This document shows, one piece after another, positions 37,351 to 45,968 of a DNA stretch of 52,464 bases. Both the position numbers and the translations under genes were made by a program. The number at the start of each line of letters is the position of its first letter. Positions within the stretch are counted from its first letter, which is position 1. The stretch is from positions 1-52,464 of IMG/VR virus record IMGVR_UViG_3300048999_000016; one strand, written 5' to 3'. The stretch comes from a virus. Its lineage: Duplodnaviria > Caudoviricetes. The notes beneath the pieces were generated by a model. That model was not told the DNA's origin. It saw only the letters and a program-made list of their open reading frames with translations, and ran no database searches.

Positions 37351-39375
37351 CTATGAAATGCCGACAAGTTTCCACGTACCAGAACACACGTACATATTCG
37401 TGGGAGTAAACCAGATATTCATGCCGAGTGGACCGCCGCACGAACCGCCCGGTGCTCCCGGTGCCTGCCAAATCGTAATTGCGCCAATGACGCCGACGAT
37501 TTGTGCACCGCCCGTCATCGTTGGGAAATTGGTTGCTAGTAATGGCCTTTGCGCGGCTGAAATAACATCATCCACTTGCACCGCGCCGCCGAAATGCATC
37601 GCATTAAGCGACGTATCGCCCCATAACAGGAAATTGTGCAATCCGCCTGCGTTTAATGCACCATTGAGACACGCAACGGCAATACCTGTGCCGGTGTTGA
37701 CATGGTTGTTATAGATTGAAATAGAACCAATTGCGCCGCCATCGACTAAACAATTCGCCGTGCCAATTTTCGTATTTTCGTCAATTGACGTGGAAATAAC
37801 ATGCTTTAATTGAATTTCTGTTGTATTGTTCGCCGCGTTTGTTGTCGGATCAGTCGTATTTCCAGAATCGTTGAAGAAGTTATGACTGATTATCGAATTG
37901 ACGTTATTGCCGCCGAACTGCGCCGTGTAGCCTGTGGGGATCGTCACGCCGGGATCACCGGCAACGCATCCGGTGACCACACCGATTTTCTGTGCTTCAA
38001 AATACGTGGATTCAATTCGTGTGCCCGTAGTGAAGCACGATAGAAATCCACCGTACGAATTTTGATCCGCCGTGCCGTTATTGGCGATTGTGTTACTCAG
38101 CCAATAGTTACCGAACGCCGACGAAACGCTGCCGCCAATGATGTCATTTTCAAGCACACCCCAATGCAGATTGTTTTGCATGCGATTACTTACCGCATGA
38201 ATCGCGTTGGGTGCGTAGCCGCTTGTACCGGCACGCGTAGTGGCAACCCACGTTGACGGTGTGGAACGGTCCCACGTGCATAGATTGGAACCATTGCACG
38301 TATTGCCGTTTACGCGTACACCGTTCAAATTCAAACTTTCGGATGTTTCAAATAATTCGACGTGGTTTGCGCCATCGATCCAAATACCGTCACCGTTTGA
38401 AAATCCCTGTACGATGACATCGCGCACCGCGTAGCCTTGACCGGCACGAACATGCACACCGGAAATGCCGCTGGCTGTGCCAATGATCTTGCATCCGCCA
38501 TCGATCACAGTACCGCCCAAATTCACGGTGCCGTTAACTGCAACCGGCGTTGTGATAAAACTTCCGCCACCGGTGTATGTAATCGTGGCCTGTTTATCGC
38601 ACGTAAACGTTGTGCCGTTCGCGCGTGCCGGTAGTACAATGCCGGTAGTTACGGGGTTGTACACTCCCGGTGGAATCCATAGGTGGCACGGTGCCGCATC
38701 GGTGCATAGCGATGCCGCGCTATTCGCCATAGCGCCGATGTCGCCACCGGTCCCCATAAGCGCAACGTCAAGCATGCCGTTAATATTGCGCACACTGCCG
38801 TTTGTGCCGTTGAAATTCGTTGCTGTAAAATTGGTAAAGTTCACCAATCCTTCAACAGTCAAATTGCCGGGCACATCGAAACTACCGTTAACGCCATTTG
38901 CCGTAACTGTGCCGGGATCGCCTTTAACCGTCAACGGCCCATTGATTACATTGACCATTAAATTTGCGCTGCACCAATCAAACGTGGCACCGCCGCTCGG
39001 CGATATATCCACGTTCTGATACACCGTAGTGTGACCGTTAACAACAAACGTGAACGTATACGGAATTTTGGTATTGCTCGCGCCTGTCACCCATTGCAAC
39101 TGCAACGGTGCCATTTGACCATTGGTGATCGCGCGCGAAATGGCATTGCCCACGGCTTGATAGCTGTTGCCGCCTGTGGTACTGCGAAACGGCATCGCAT
39201 GCCCGGCACCGTCTGTGGCTTGAATTACCACCGTGCCATTTGCAAGACCGCCGCCAGCATCGGTTATACAACCGGTGTTATTTGATAGTGTGTTAATCGT
39301 GATTAGTTCCGGCGTCTGCGCCGTTACCACGATGGGAAATAGTAACACTGCGAGTGACAAAAGAAGACGCCGCAT
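37351..39375 (-). CDS. Signal-peptide-bearing tailspike-like protein (parallel beta-helix)
   Basis: MRRLLLSLAVLLFPIVVTA|Q; N-terminal beta-sandwich; WIPPGVY; Asn/Gly ladder repeats (GFSNGDGIWID, NNLHWGV); 14 Cys. Confidence 0.78.
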   Translation of the reverse strand: MRRLLLSLAVLLFPIVVTAQTPELITINTLSNNTGCITDAGGGLANGTVVIQATDGAGHAMPFRSTTGGNSYQAVGNAISRAITNGQMAPLQLQWVTGASNTKIPYTFTFVVNGHTTVYQNVDISPSGGATFDWCSANLMVNVINGPLTVKGDPGTVTANGVNGSFDVPGNLTVEGLVNFTNFTATNFNGTNGSVRNINGMLDVALMGTGGDIGAMANSAASLCTDAAPCHLWIPPGVYNPVTTGIVLPARANGTTFTCDKQATITYTGGGSFITTPVAVNGTVNLGGTVIDGGCKIIGTASGISGVHVRAGQGYAVRDVIVQGFSNGDGIWIDGANHVELFETSESLNLNGVRVNGNTCNGSNLCTWDRSTPSTWVATTRAGTSGYAPNAIHAVSNRMQNNLHWGVLENDIIGGSVSSAFGNYWLSNTIANNGTADQNSYGGFLSCFTTGTRIESTYFEAQKIGVVTGCVAGDPGVTIPTGYTAQFGGNNVNSIISHNFFNDSGNTTDPTTNAANNTTEIQLKHVISTSIDENTKIGTANCLVDGGAIGSISIYNNHVNTGTGIAVACLNGALNAGGLHNFLLWGDTSLNAMHFGGAVQVDDVISAAQRPLLATNFPTMTGGAQIVGVIGAITIWQAPGAPGGSCGGPLGMNIWFTPTNMYVCSGTWKLVGIS

Positions 39376-39382
39376 GCGTGGA

Positions 39383-39393
39383 AGAGTAGCACA
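39383..39393 (-). promoter_or_regulatory. Extended -10 promoter TGTGC-TACTCT, leaderless start
   Basis: Seven nt upstream of ATG 39375 with no SD; same motif at 39474 and 43231. Confidence 0.6.
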
Positions 39394-39399
39394 GTGCAC

Positions 39400-39430
39400 A
39401 AAAAAATGCCGGGAGTTTTTGGCTCCCGGC
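39400..39430 (-). terminator. Rho-independent terminator
   Basis: GCCGGGAG-ccaaaaa-CTCCCGGC followed by ATTTTTTT. Confidence 0.85.
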
Positions 39431-39467
39431 TGCCGTGACTACGCTCTTGCACGCAGTCAACCGAATT
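39400..39467 (-). ncRNA. Candidate ~68-nt small RNA
   Basis: TGTGC-TATGCT promoter at 39474-39484, hairpin TGACTGCG/CGTAGTCA, then the terminator; no ORF. Confidence 0.5.
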
Positions 39468-39493
39468 AAATCAAGCATAGCACAAGGGAAGAC

Positions 39494-39910
39494 CTAGCTT
39501 GGCGTCTCCACGCCGCTGCCCTGTGCGACCGCTCCACCGGTGCCGGGATCGCCACTTACAGGCGCGCTGCCGCTCGCACCCGCTCCGGCTGTGGGATCGC
39601 CGCCGACCGGTGCGGGAGTGCCGCCAGTGCCGGGATCAGTGGTAACGGTGCCGGGATCGGTGGTGGTGGTAGTGCCGCCGCTGGCATCGCCGCCGCTCGC
39701 CGGAACACCGGGCACACTCGCAAGCACGTTCTGCATCGCCGTGTTGTTTGTCTGCAACTGTGAAAGCAACGATGTCACCGTTGTGTCTGTGCTCGGATCG
39801 TCTGCATTCGCAATTGCGGCCTGCAACTTCGCAATTAGCTGCTGCTCGGTTGCTGTGTTCGTTTGCACTTGCTGTGCAAGCGATTTTACATCGATGTCTA
39901 CCTGTGACAT
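39494..39910 (-). CDS. Coiled-coil protein with Pro/Gly/Thr tail (longer start at 40060 possible)
   Basis: RBS GGAG before ATG 39910; helical N-half, DPG repeats. Confidence 0.6.
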   Translation of the reverse strand: MSQVDIDVKSLAQQVQTNTATEQQLIAKLQAAIANADDPSTDTTVTSLLSQLQTNNTAMQNVLASVPGVPASGGDASGGTTTTTDPGTVTTDPGTGGTPAPVGGDPTAGAGASGSAPVSGDPGTGGAVAQGSGVETPS

Positions 39911-40197
39911 GACACGCTCCAGTTTATTCAGATTTAACCGCTTCACTGCAAGATACAATTCAGCGAGAATTACCGCAAACGGTTGGTCACTGGTATACAA
40001 CACCATTAGTGACGCATCTAGAAATTTCTCACGCGCTGAAAACCGTTCGTCGTTTTGCATTTTATCCCTCGCAATTTTCGCCGGTAATCGTGCCCACAGT
40101 ACCGGCAAACTGTGTCCCGCGTTGGCGTATGAACGCTGGCACTGAACCGGATCATCCCCGATCTATTCCGCACAATACCATAACTCGCCGACAAAAA

Positions 40198-40959
40198 TTA
40201 ATTCGATTTGTAAGCTACTATCATGCCAACACTTACGTCTGATGCGGACAACGGAATCGTTGCAGATTGTGTGCCTGTTGTTGTTACAACTTTGTCATAC
40301 CATCCCAATGTGTTGCGCTCATTCGCCGTGCGATTCGTATAACCGGTGGTGGTGCCCCACGTCTGCCCCGCGTTGAAATTCTCGCAAAATGCAAGCACCA
40401 AATCGTTAGAACCTACTGTTGCCGCTGTTGTACCTGTGGCGCAACTTGTGCTTGCCGTGTTGTTGAGACTCACAACCGTTTTATCTGCCGTTGCGCTATT
40501 CCACGTGAAATTGGCCGAATAAGTTAATAGCGATATGTCAGTAAATGAACCGCTGCCGCCCGTCCACGTTATAACCGGGTGAATCGTTGTGGCTGTGTTG
40601 ACTAGACACGCATAGACACTTACGACGAAATGACCGCTGCCGTTAGACTGAAACGTACTCGCCGGTGTGATCGCTTGTATCTTGCTCGTGCATGGCGCGG
40701 TTCCTGTAAACGTAAGCGCCGCGGTTGCACTTGACGATACGCTCGCCGTCTTTGAAATCACAATCATTAATTCGCCAAATGCACTTGCCGCTGCTGCCGT
40801 GCAATTGGCTGTGGCTGTTGCCGTGTTTGCGACGCATAATGCCGTAGTCGGCGCAATGATGCGACCGGTGCCAAGCAACAAACCCGATTCGCCGTTATCT
40901 TGCTTCGCCGCGAGTGGCAACGCAATAAGTAACAGCGCAAGTAGCGAAACAAATTTCAT
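40198..40959 (-). CDS. Signal-peptide-bearing Thr/Ala-rich beta-sandwich protein
   Basis: MKFVSLLALLLIALPLAA|KQ; two related beta-rich halves; 6 Cys. Confidence 0.72.
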   Translation of the reverse strand: MKFVSLLALLLIALPLAAKQDNGESGLLLGTGRIIAPTTALCVANTATATANCTAAAASAFGELMIVISKTASVSSSATAALTFTGTAPCTSKIQAITPASTFQSNGSGHFVVSVYACLVNTATTIHPVITWTGGSGSFTDISLLTYSANFTWNSATADKTVVSLNNTASTSCATGTTAATVGSNDLVLAFCENFNAGQTWGTTTGYTNRTANERNTLGWYDKVVTTTGTQSATIPLSASDVSVGMIVAYKSN

Positions 40960-41336
40960 GGGCCAACCCAAATGTTAATTGACTGCGCGCCGCCTGTGAT
41001 CGATGACGTGTTGGGATTGCACACTTGCGCAATTACAGTGCCGCTGCCGGGTGCAACGCGTACCACTAAACCGCCACTGCTGCCGTAACCCGCAACTGCG
41101 CTTGGATCGCTGGCCCAACCGAAATTAACGTGACTCGCCGTAGTTATGCCGGTAGCTGTAAATGGGCTGCCTGTAACTGCCGTGCACGCTCCGGCTGTAA
41201 TCGCCGTTGTGGGCAAAGCAACGCCGTTATTGTTGTACGCGTTCAAACTACCGGCTTGACCGTGCACATTGTCAATGCGCACGAACACAAACAACACAAG
41301 CACAAATGTTGCGAAAATTCCAATTCGTTTCATCAT
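40956..41336 (-). CDS. Small signal-peptide-bearing fibre-tip-like protein
   Basis: MMKRIGIFATFVLVLFVFVRIDNVHG|Q; TTAITAGAC...QVCNP..SSIT; 2 Cys. Confidence 0.7.
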   Translation of the reverse strand: MMKRIGIFATFVLVLFVFVRIDNVHGQAGSLNAYNNNGVALPTTAITAGACTAVTGSPFTATGITTASHVNFGWASDPSAVAGYGSSGGLVVRVAPGSGTVIAQVCNPNTSSITGGAQSINIWVGP

Positions 41337-42241
41337 GCAACTATCATCCAATTCACAAGCGAAGTGTCAAGCGCGCTTGTCGAGTTAATCACGAACGACG
41401 TGCCGTTAACGATTGTGCCCACGCTCAAGACGCCGATTTGGCCCGAGACACCCGCATGCGTAAGAAACACCAACATGCCGGTTGCCGCCGCTGCGTTTGT
41501 AATCGTAACCGTGCCGCCTACTAATGTGGCTTGGCCTTTGGTGATCGTCGGCACGCCGAGTGCCGTACGCGCTGCTGCCGCCGTTGTGGATGCCGTGCCA
41601 CCTTGCGCAACCGCTAACGGCGTGCCAAGCGTAAGCGACGGCATCGTAACCGTGGCTGTGCCCGGTGTGCCGGTATGCGTGATTGATAGCGTGCTTGTGG
41701 GGTTGGTGCCTGCGCCGACCGTGACAACCATTTGCCATAGATCGTTCGCCGCCGCGCTGCCCGTCCAATAACCACCATACAATTGCAATATGGGCGAATT
41801 TGTATTTGCACCGCTGTTTACCGGTTGGTTTGATGCAAAGCGAACAAACCCCGTTGAACCTGCAACGCTCGGTGCCGTGAATAGCAAAACAGCATTCGGT
41901 GTGCTACCTGCGCCGACGACATGCTGCAATGACCAATTGATACTTGCCGCCGCGCTGCCCGTCCAATACGATCCGAAAAATCCAATCGTGTATGAGTTAC
42001 CATTCGCGCCGCTCGTGGCAACCGATGACGCACCATGATTCACAATTTGAAACGTTTGCGTTGCCGCCCATGTTTGCGCTGCTGCTAAAAAAGCAACGCC
42101 GGGCAACATCGTTGAATCAACCGCACCGCTTGCGTTTAATCCAACGATATTCCCGGCGTTAGCAGCACCGGCAGACGTTTGCGCCGCTCGCGCTTCGTCA
42201 TATCGTCCACCGTTATTGAAAACGTACTTGTCGCCTGCCAT
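41333..42241 (-). CDS. Fibre protein, no signal peptide
   Basis: Fibre motif LAVAQGGTASTTAAAARTALG; two tandem SGAN..YWTGSAAA..W...VGAG repeats; N-terminus shared with the next gene; no Cys. Confidence 0.75.
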   Translation of the reverse strand: MAGDKYVFNNGGRYDEARAAQTSAGAANAGNIVGLNASGAVDSTMLPGVAFLAAAQTWAATQTFQIVNHGASSVATSGANGNSYTIGFFGSYWTGSAAASINWSLQHVVGAGSTPNAVLLFTAPSVAGSTGFVRFASNQPVNSGANTNSPILQLYGGYWTGSAAANDLWQMVVTVGAGTNPTSTLSITHTGTPGTATVTMPSLTLGTPLAVAQGGTASTTAAAARTALGVPTITKGQATLVGGTVTITNAAAATGMLVFLTHAGVSGQIGVLSVGTIVNGTSFVINSTSALDTSLVNWMIVA

Positions 42242-42247
42242 GCCGTC

Positions 42248-42763
42248 CTATGCGATTACGGTTGTGTAGACTTGTGACGGCTGGAAATAAAGCGACGTTG
42301 CACTGATCGCATCGCCCACACGCTGCACGCTATTGCCTGCCGATGATGGCGCGGCTGCTGCGACCGCACCGGATGCGCCGAGGAACGCCGGGCCAACAGT
42401 TAGGCCAGTTAAACCGGTGATCAATCCTTCACCGATTTGCACCGTACCACTCGCACCGCTGCCGATGGCTCCCGGTGCAAAGCCGTTTGCCTCATTGCCT
42501 GCCGTTGTGTTGTCTGCCGGTTTAACGTTTGCCGTGCCTGCATTGTTATACACACGCACTAGCTGCCCGGCTGCAATCGCTGCCGATGCAAGCACCGTGA
42601 TTGTGATTAAACCGCTGATACCGGCAAGCATCGTTGCGTCAATCAAACCGGCACTATTCAAACCGACTAGCTTACCGGCATCACCGGCTCCCGCGCTTGT
42701 TTGATTTGCGCGTGCTTCATCGAACCGGCCACCGTTGTTTACTAGATACTTATTCCCCGCCAT
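42248..42763 (-). CDS. Capsid decoration/cement-like (DUF2190-like) protein
   Basis: ASAAIAAGQLV..., KPAD..., G.ITGLTGLT.GP.FL...G, QRVG.AISAT.L.F.P. Confidence 0.65.
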   Translation of the reverse strand: MAGNKYLVNNGGRFDEARANQTSAGAGDAGKLVGLNSAGLIDATMLAGISGLITITVLASAAIAAGQLVRVYNNAGTANVKPADNTTAGNEANGFAPGAIGSGASGTVQIGEGLITGLTGLTVGPAFLGASGAVAAAAPSSAGNSVQRVGDAISATSLYFQPSQVYTTVIA

Positions 42764-42772
42764 TATTTCCCC

Positions 42773-43222
42773 TTATGCCGCAAGCACAACCGGCGGCTGT
42801 AGTTGCACAAGCAACGTTGTTGGATTGATTGGTATCCCGATGATTTGGCAAAATCCAACCGTGGGCGCAGTTTGGGAAAGTGTGCCGCTCGGCCCTAAGA
42901 ACACCGGGCCATTGTTCCAGTTCCAACCGGAATTGGTAATTGCACCGCTGAATTGAATATCAAGATCGCCACCGGCTTGTACGCTGTTGGAAGCGATTCC
43001 GGCAACATTCCCCGCCTGCGTCGCATCGGCGCTGTCAGCACGCACAGGAACGCCGTCAACGATGCTCATAGGCGTGTATTGGCCTATGGAGACGGGCGGC
43101 TGGACTCGAAACAAGGCAACGCCACTGCCGGGTGCTCCCGGTGGTCCCGGTGGCCCTTGCAAGCCTTGCGCAGCGGGTGCGCCAATCGGGATCGTACCAG
43201 TGAAGCCGACGAATCCGCCCAT
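42773..43222 (-). CDS. Cement/decoration-like protein with a short collagen segment
   Basis: GLQGPPGPPGAPG; GWNW..GPVFLG..G.L.QTAP..GF...IG; leaderless ATG 43222. Confidence 0.65.
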   Translation of the reverse strand: MGGFVGFTGTIPIGAPAAQGLQGPPGPPGAPGSGVALFRVQPPVSIGQYTPMSIVDGVPVRADSADATQAGNVAGIASNSVQAGGDLDIQFSGAITNSGWNWNNGPVFLGPSGTLSQTAPTVGFCQIIGIPINPTTLLVQLQPPVVLAA

Positions 43223-43230
43223 GGGAAAGA

Positions 43231-43241
43231 AGCGTAGCACA
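43231..43241 (-). promoter_or_regulatory. Extended -10 promoter TGTGC-TACGCT, leaderless start
   Basis: Eight nt upstream of ATG 43222, right after a terminator. Confidence 0.6.
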
Positions 43242-43274
43242 AAACACAAACGGCGCGAGAATTAACTCGCGCCG
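43242..43274 (-). terminator. Rho-independent terminator
   Basis: CGGCGCGAG-ttaatt-CTCGCGCCG followed by TTTGTGTTT. Confidence 0.75.
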
Positions 43275-43327
43275 TGCGTATCACCGGTGAAGCCGAGGCA
43301 ATGCGGCATGGCCGATGAATCGTTCAA

Positions 43328-44068
43328 TTACTCAGTGCGATAGACGCGCGCACCCTCGCCAGCCGGATCGCTCGCGTCAACACGCCGAATGACGTAATGC
43401 GCGTATTTGCCGACCGTCTCAACACCGTTGGAATCCTTGACCGTTGCTTTCTTCTTCGCCTGCATGGTCGCCGTGCTCACAACACCGGCGAACGTCTTTG
43501 CCGGGTTGCCGTTCTTGCTGTCTGCCGCCGTGGGGATGTGAAACGAGAAATACACCGTTTCATCATTCGGTCCCTTTGTCGGTGGCTGCAACTGCGCGAA
43601 CGGGTACTTGCTCGGCTTGCCGCCATTGGTGATGCGCAAACTGCCCTTGAGTGGTACACCGCTCGCAACGGCAAATGTGGGTGCCGTGTTCGCCTGTGCG
43701 CTTGTCTGATCTACTGCAACCGCTTCTGTTGCCATTGTGGGATTGTCCTTTACCAATTCTGAGTCTTGGGCACCGGATGTTGCACCGGATGCCGTCGCTG
43801 TAATTGATGCTACATCATTGCCCACAACTTGTGAAGGAAATTCGTCAGCCAATTTTTGCGTCGCACGAACACGCACAATTGTGTCTGCCGCGTTCACTGA
43901 TGCCGCATCGTCCGGATGCATTTCGATCAGCCCATGAGCCGCAAACGCCTGTGCGTCCATAAACGTCACCCGCGATTCGCCGACCGTAAACGTATCGTCA
44001 ACGATCCGTTGTTTCGTTGCCTCAGTCGGATCGATTTCCACAACTGCCTTGCTTTTCTTCTTTGCCAT
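43328..44068 (-). CDS. Putative DNA-binding phage protein
   Basis: SKYPFAQL...SFHIP...GARVYR motif; basic N-terminus; RBS GAGG. Confidence 0.65.
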   Translation of the reverse strand: MAKKKSKAVVEIDPTEATKQRIVDDTFTVGESRVTFMDAQAFAAHGLIEMHPDDAASVNAADTIVRVRATQKLADEFPSQVVGNDVASITATASGATSGAQDSELVKDNPTMATEAVAVDQTSAQANTAPTFAVASGVPLKGSLRITNGGKPSKYPFAQLQPPTKGPNDETVYFSFHIPTAADSKNGNPAKTFAGVVSTATMQAKKKATVKDSNGVETVGKYAHYVIRRVDASDPAGEGARVYRTE

Positions 44069-44107
44069 TGTGCATTGCCTCTTGATTTGGGATTTTGTAT
44101 TGCCGGA

Positions 44108-44542
44108 TTACACTATCAGTTGCGGTACAGTGTTGTCTACAGGAAACATATACGATTGCGCAATTGCAATTGCATGCTCCCAACCTTTTGCCACGGTGAC
44201 GCCGTAGCCGGTGGCCTTGAGCGCACCGATCCACTTCCATTGCTCGGCAGAAACGGCACTGGCTGTCGCACCGGGTAACTTCATTTCAATAAAGCAACCA
44301 TGCAAACCGTAATTCGCAACCGGAATAAAAATATCCGGTATGCCTGCCTTGACGCCTTCCGCTTTCATGCGCGCGGCAGTTGCCTTGTCACGTAGTCCAC
44401 CGTTGGGGATTGCAAACGGCAAATGCCACAGTGGGGATAGCTTCGCACGTTCATTGCATTCGCAGAAAAACGCCATTTGGTGCCCATGCTCGGTGCCGCT
44501 CGCCGCAAGTTGTGCCGGAGTATATATCATTTCTTGCTCCAT
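44108..44542 (-). CDS. VRR-NUC domain endonuclease (Holliday junction resolvase-like)
   Basis: TEHGHQ, FAIPNGG.R, KAEGVKAGIPDIF, FIEMK, SAEQ. Confidence 0.9.
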   Translation of the reverse strand: MEQEMIYTPAQLAASGTEHGHQMAFFCECNERAKLSPLWHLPFAIPNGGLRDKATAARMKAEGVKAGIPDIFIPVANYGLHGCFIEMKLPGATASAVSAEQWKWIGALKATGYGVTVAKGWEHAIAIAQSYMFPVDNTVPQLIV

Positions 44543-45108
44543 TCGCCTTTCTTTGTGCAAATGAAACCGTGCCATGTATCACCGGGTTTGCACGCACTAT
44601 CGGTTTGGATCGTATCAATTTCCCAATTAGGAGTGATTGTATCGATTTCATGCTGCGTAAGATGCGATGGCTGCATATCAATTTGGTCCTGCATTCTTCT
44701 GTGATCGTACCAATCCAGCCATTCGGCTTGCGTGTGTGGTTTGCGCGTGTCAAAATCGTACGAATCAAAATCGTTGCACGGCAACGGACCTTTGCACGTG
44801 CGTGCCGTTGGCACCTTGTGATGTTTGGGTACGATCTGAAAATATTTCGCAAACCATGCGATTTCGTTTTGTGATCCATCGGAATAACCGTGATCGTATT
44901 CGGTTGCCTTTGCGATTTCGATGCGCCGATTAAAAAAATCCGCTGTTTCGTGCGCGGGTCCACACGCTGCTTGCCAGTGCTCATGCAACGTTTGCCATTT
45001 GCCATGCTCGTAACCGTGACTGTTACCTGCAAGCCAACCAATCACGCCACCACAAAGCGTGAACCACGCCGCCATGATTAAAAAACCAATTAGCATTTTG
45101 CGATTCAT
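44527..45108 (-). CDS. Membrane-anchored hypothetical protein
   Basis: N-terminal TM (LIGFLIMAAWFTLCGGVIGWL), GY..G repeats, paired Cys. Confidence 0.6.
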   Translation of the reverse strand: MNRKMLIGFLIMAAWFTLCGGVIGWLAGNSHGYEHGKWQTLHEHWQAACGPAHETADFFNRRIEIAKATEYDHGYSDGSQNEIAWFAKYFQIVPKHHKVPTARTCKGPLPCNDFDSYDFDTRKPHTQAEWLDWYDHRRMQDQIDMQPSHLTQHEIDTITPNWEIDTIQTDSACKPGDTWHGFICTKKGEWSKK

Positions 45109-45263
45109 CGCTCAATAAACCTCATGCTTTTGTGTTGGATCGAACATTGCTGTTAAAATGTGTAGTTGCCTGCTATCAATCACACCGCGTGAGGCAGCGC
45201 GACACAATAATGCGCTGATTCTTTGATTCCATATGCGATGCGTACATTTCAGAATTAACTTTC

Positions 45264-45488
45264 TCATCCGATTAAATCCTCCATTGCCTTGTCTATTGCC
45301 TTGTCAACCGCTGTGGGCGCAAGTGGTACGCTCGGTTCAATCGGAGTATACACCGGCTCCACGTACGGCAAACCGCATTCGCCGCCCAAATCCCAAATCT
45401 CAAAACAGGCTTCGCACAAACCATTTGTCACGGCTTGCTCAGTGCACGGCACGCGACACTTGCACGTCACAACCGCACCGCTTCCCAA
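45264..45488 (-). CDS. Small Cys-rich hypothetical protein
   Basis: C..PC...GLCEAC. Confidence 0.45.
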   Translation of the reverse strand: MGSGAVVTCKCRVPCTEQAVTNGLCEACFEIWDLGGECGLPYVEPVYTPIEPSVPLAPTAVDKAIDKAMEDLIG

Positions 45489-45689
45489 TGATGCCCGTCT
45501 TGTTTAAGTAAATTCAATTGATGCGCCGTTTTAACTGCCTGTGCTTCATTACGCATTAAACACGTTTGCGATAATTGGGCCATACTGTGCCCTAATTTGC
45601 TCCAATACAAACAACCGGCACCACGCACGACCCAATATTCTTTTGATTGTCGTTTCACCGGCCTGCGCACCAAATCGCCGCACCGAATG

Positions 45690-45968
45690 TTACAATCCAG
45701 AAAATAAGCGGATACACAATCCACCAAGCAGTTCTAATTGCAATTCCAAATACTCGCGTTTGCATAGCAGCTTGACCATTTCTTTCGTTGTGAATCGGCA
45801 AACAATGGTTGCGCGCACCGGATCATACAACGTGTATGCCGACCGCATATTGCGAATGTGGTGGTAGCACTTCACCCATGTATCGGCACACGTAATCACA
45901 ATTGTTGCAGATGGTGACGCGAGTAATCGGTATATCATCGTGTAACCTATCCTGTCACGGAATTTCAA
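45690..45968 (-). CDS. Hypothetical protein
   Basis: ORF coupled to the upstream gene. Confidence 0.4.
   Translation of the reverse strand: MKFRDRIGYTMIYRLLASPSATIVITCADTWVKCYHHIRNMRSAYTLYDPVRATIVCRFTTKEMVKLLCKREYLELQLELLGGLCIRLFSGL

Noticed and set aside
14450-44100. Numerous plus-strand ORFs of 60-210 aa across the structural arm
   Set aside because: They are antisense shadows of well-supported minus-strand genes, with no RBS or motifs.
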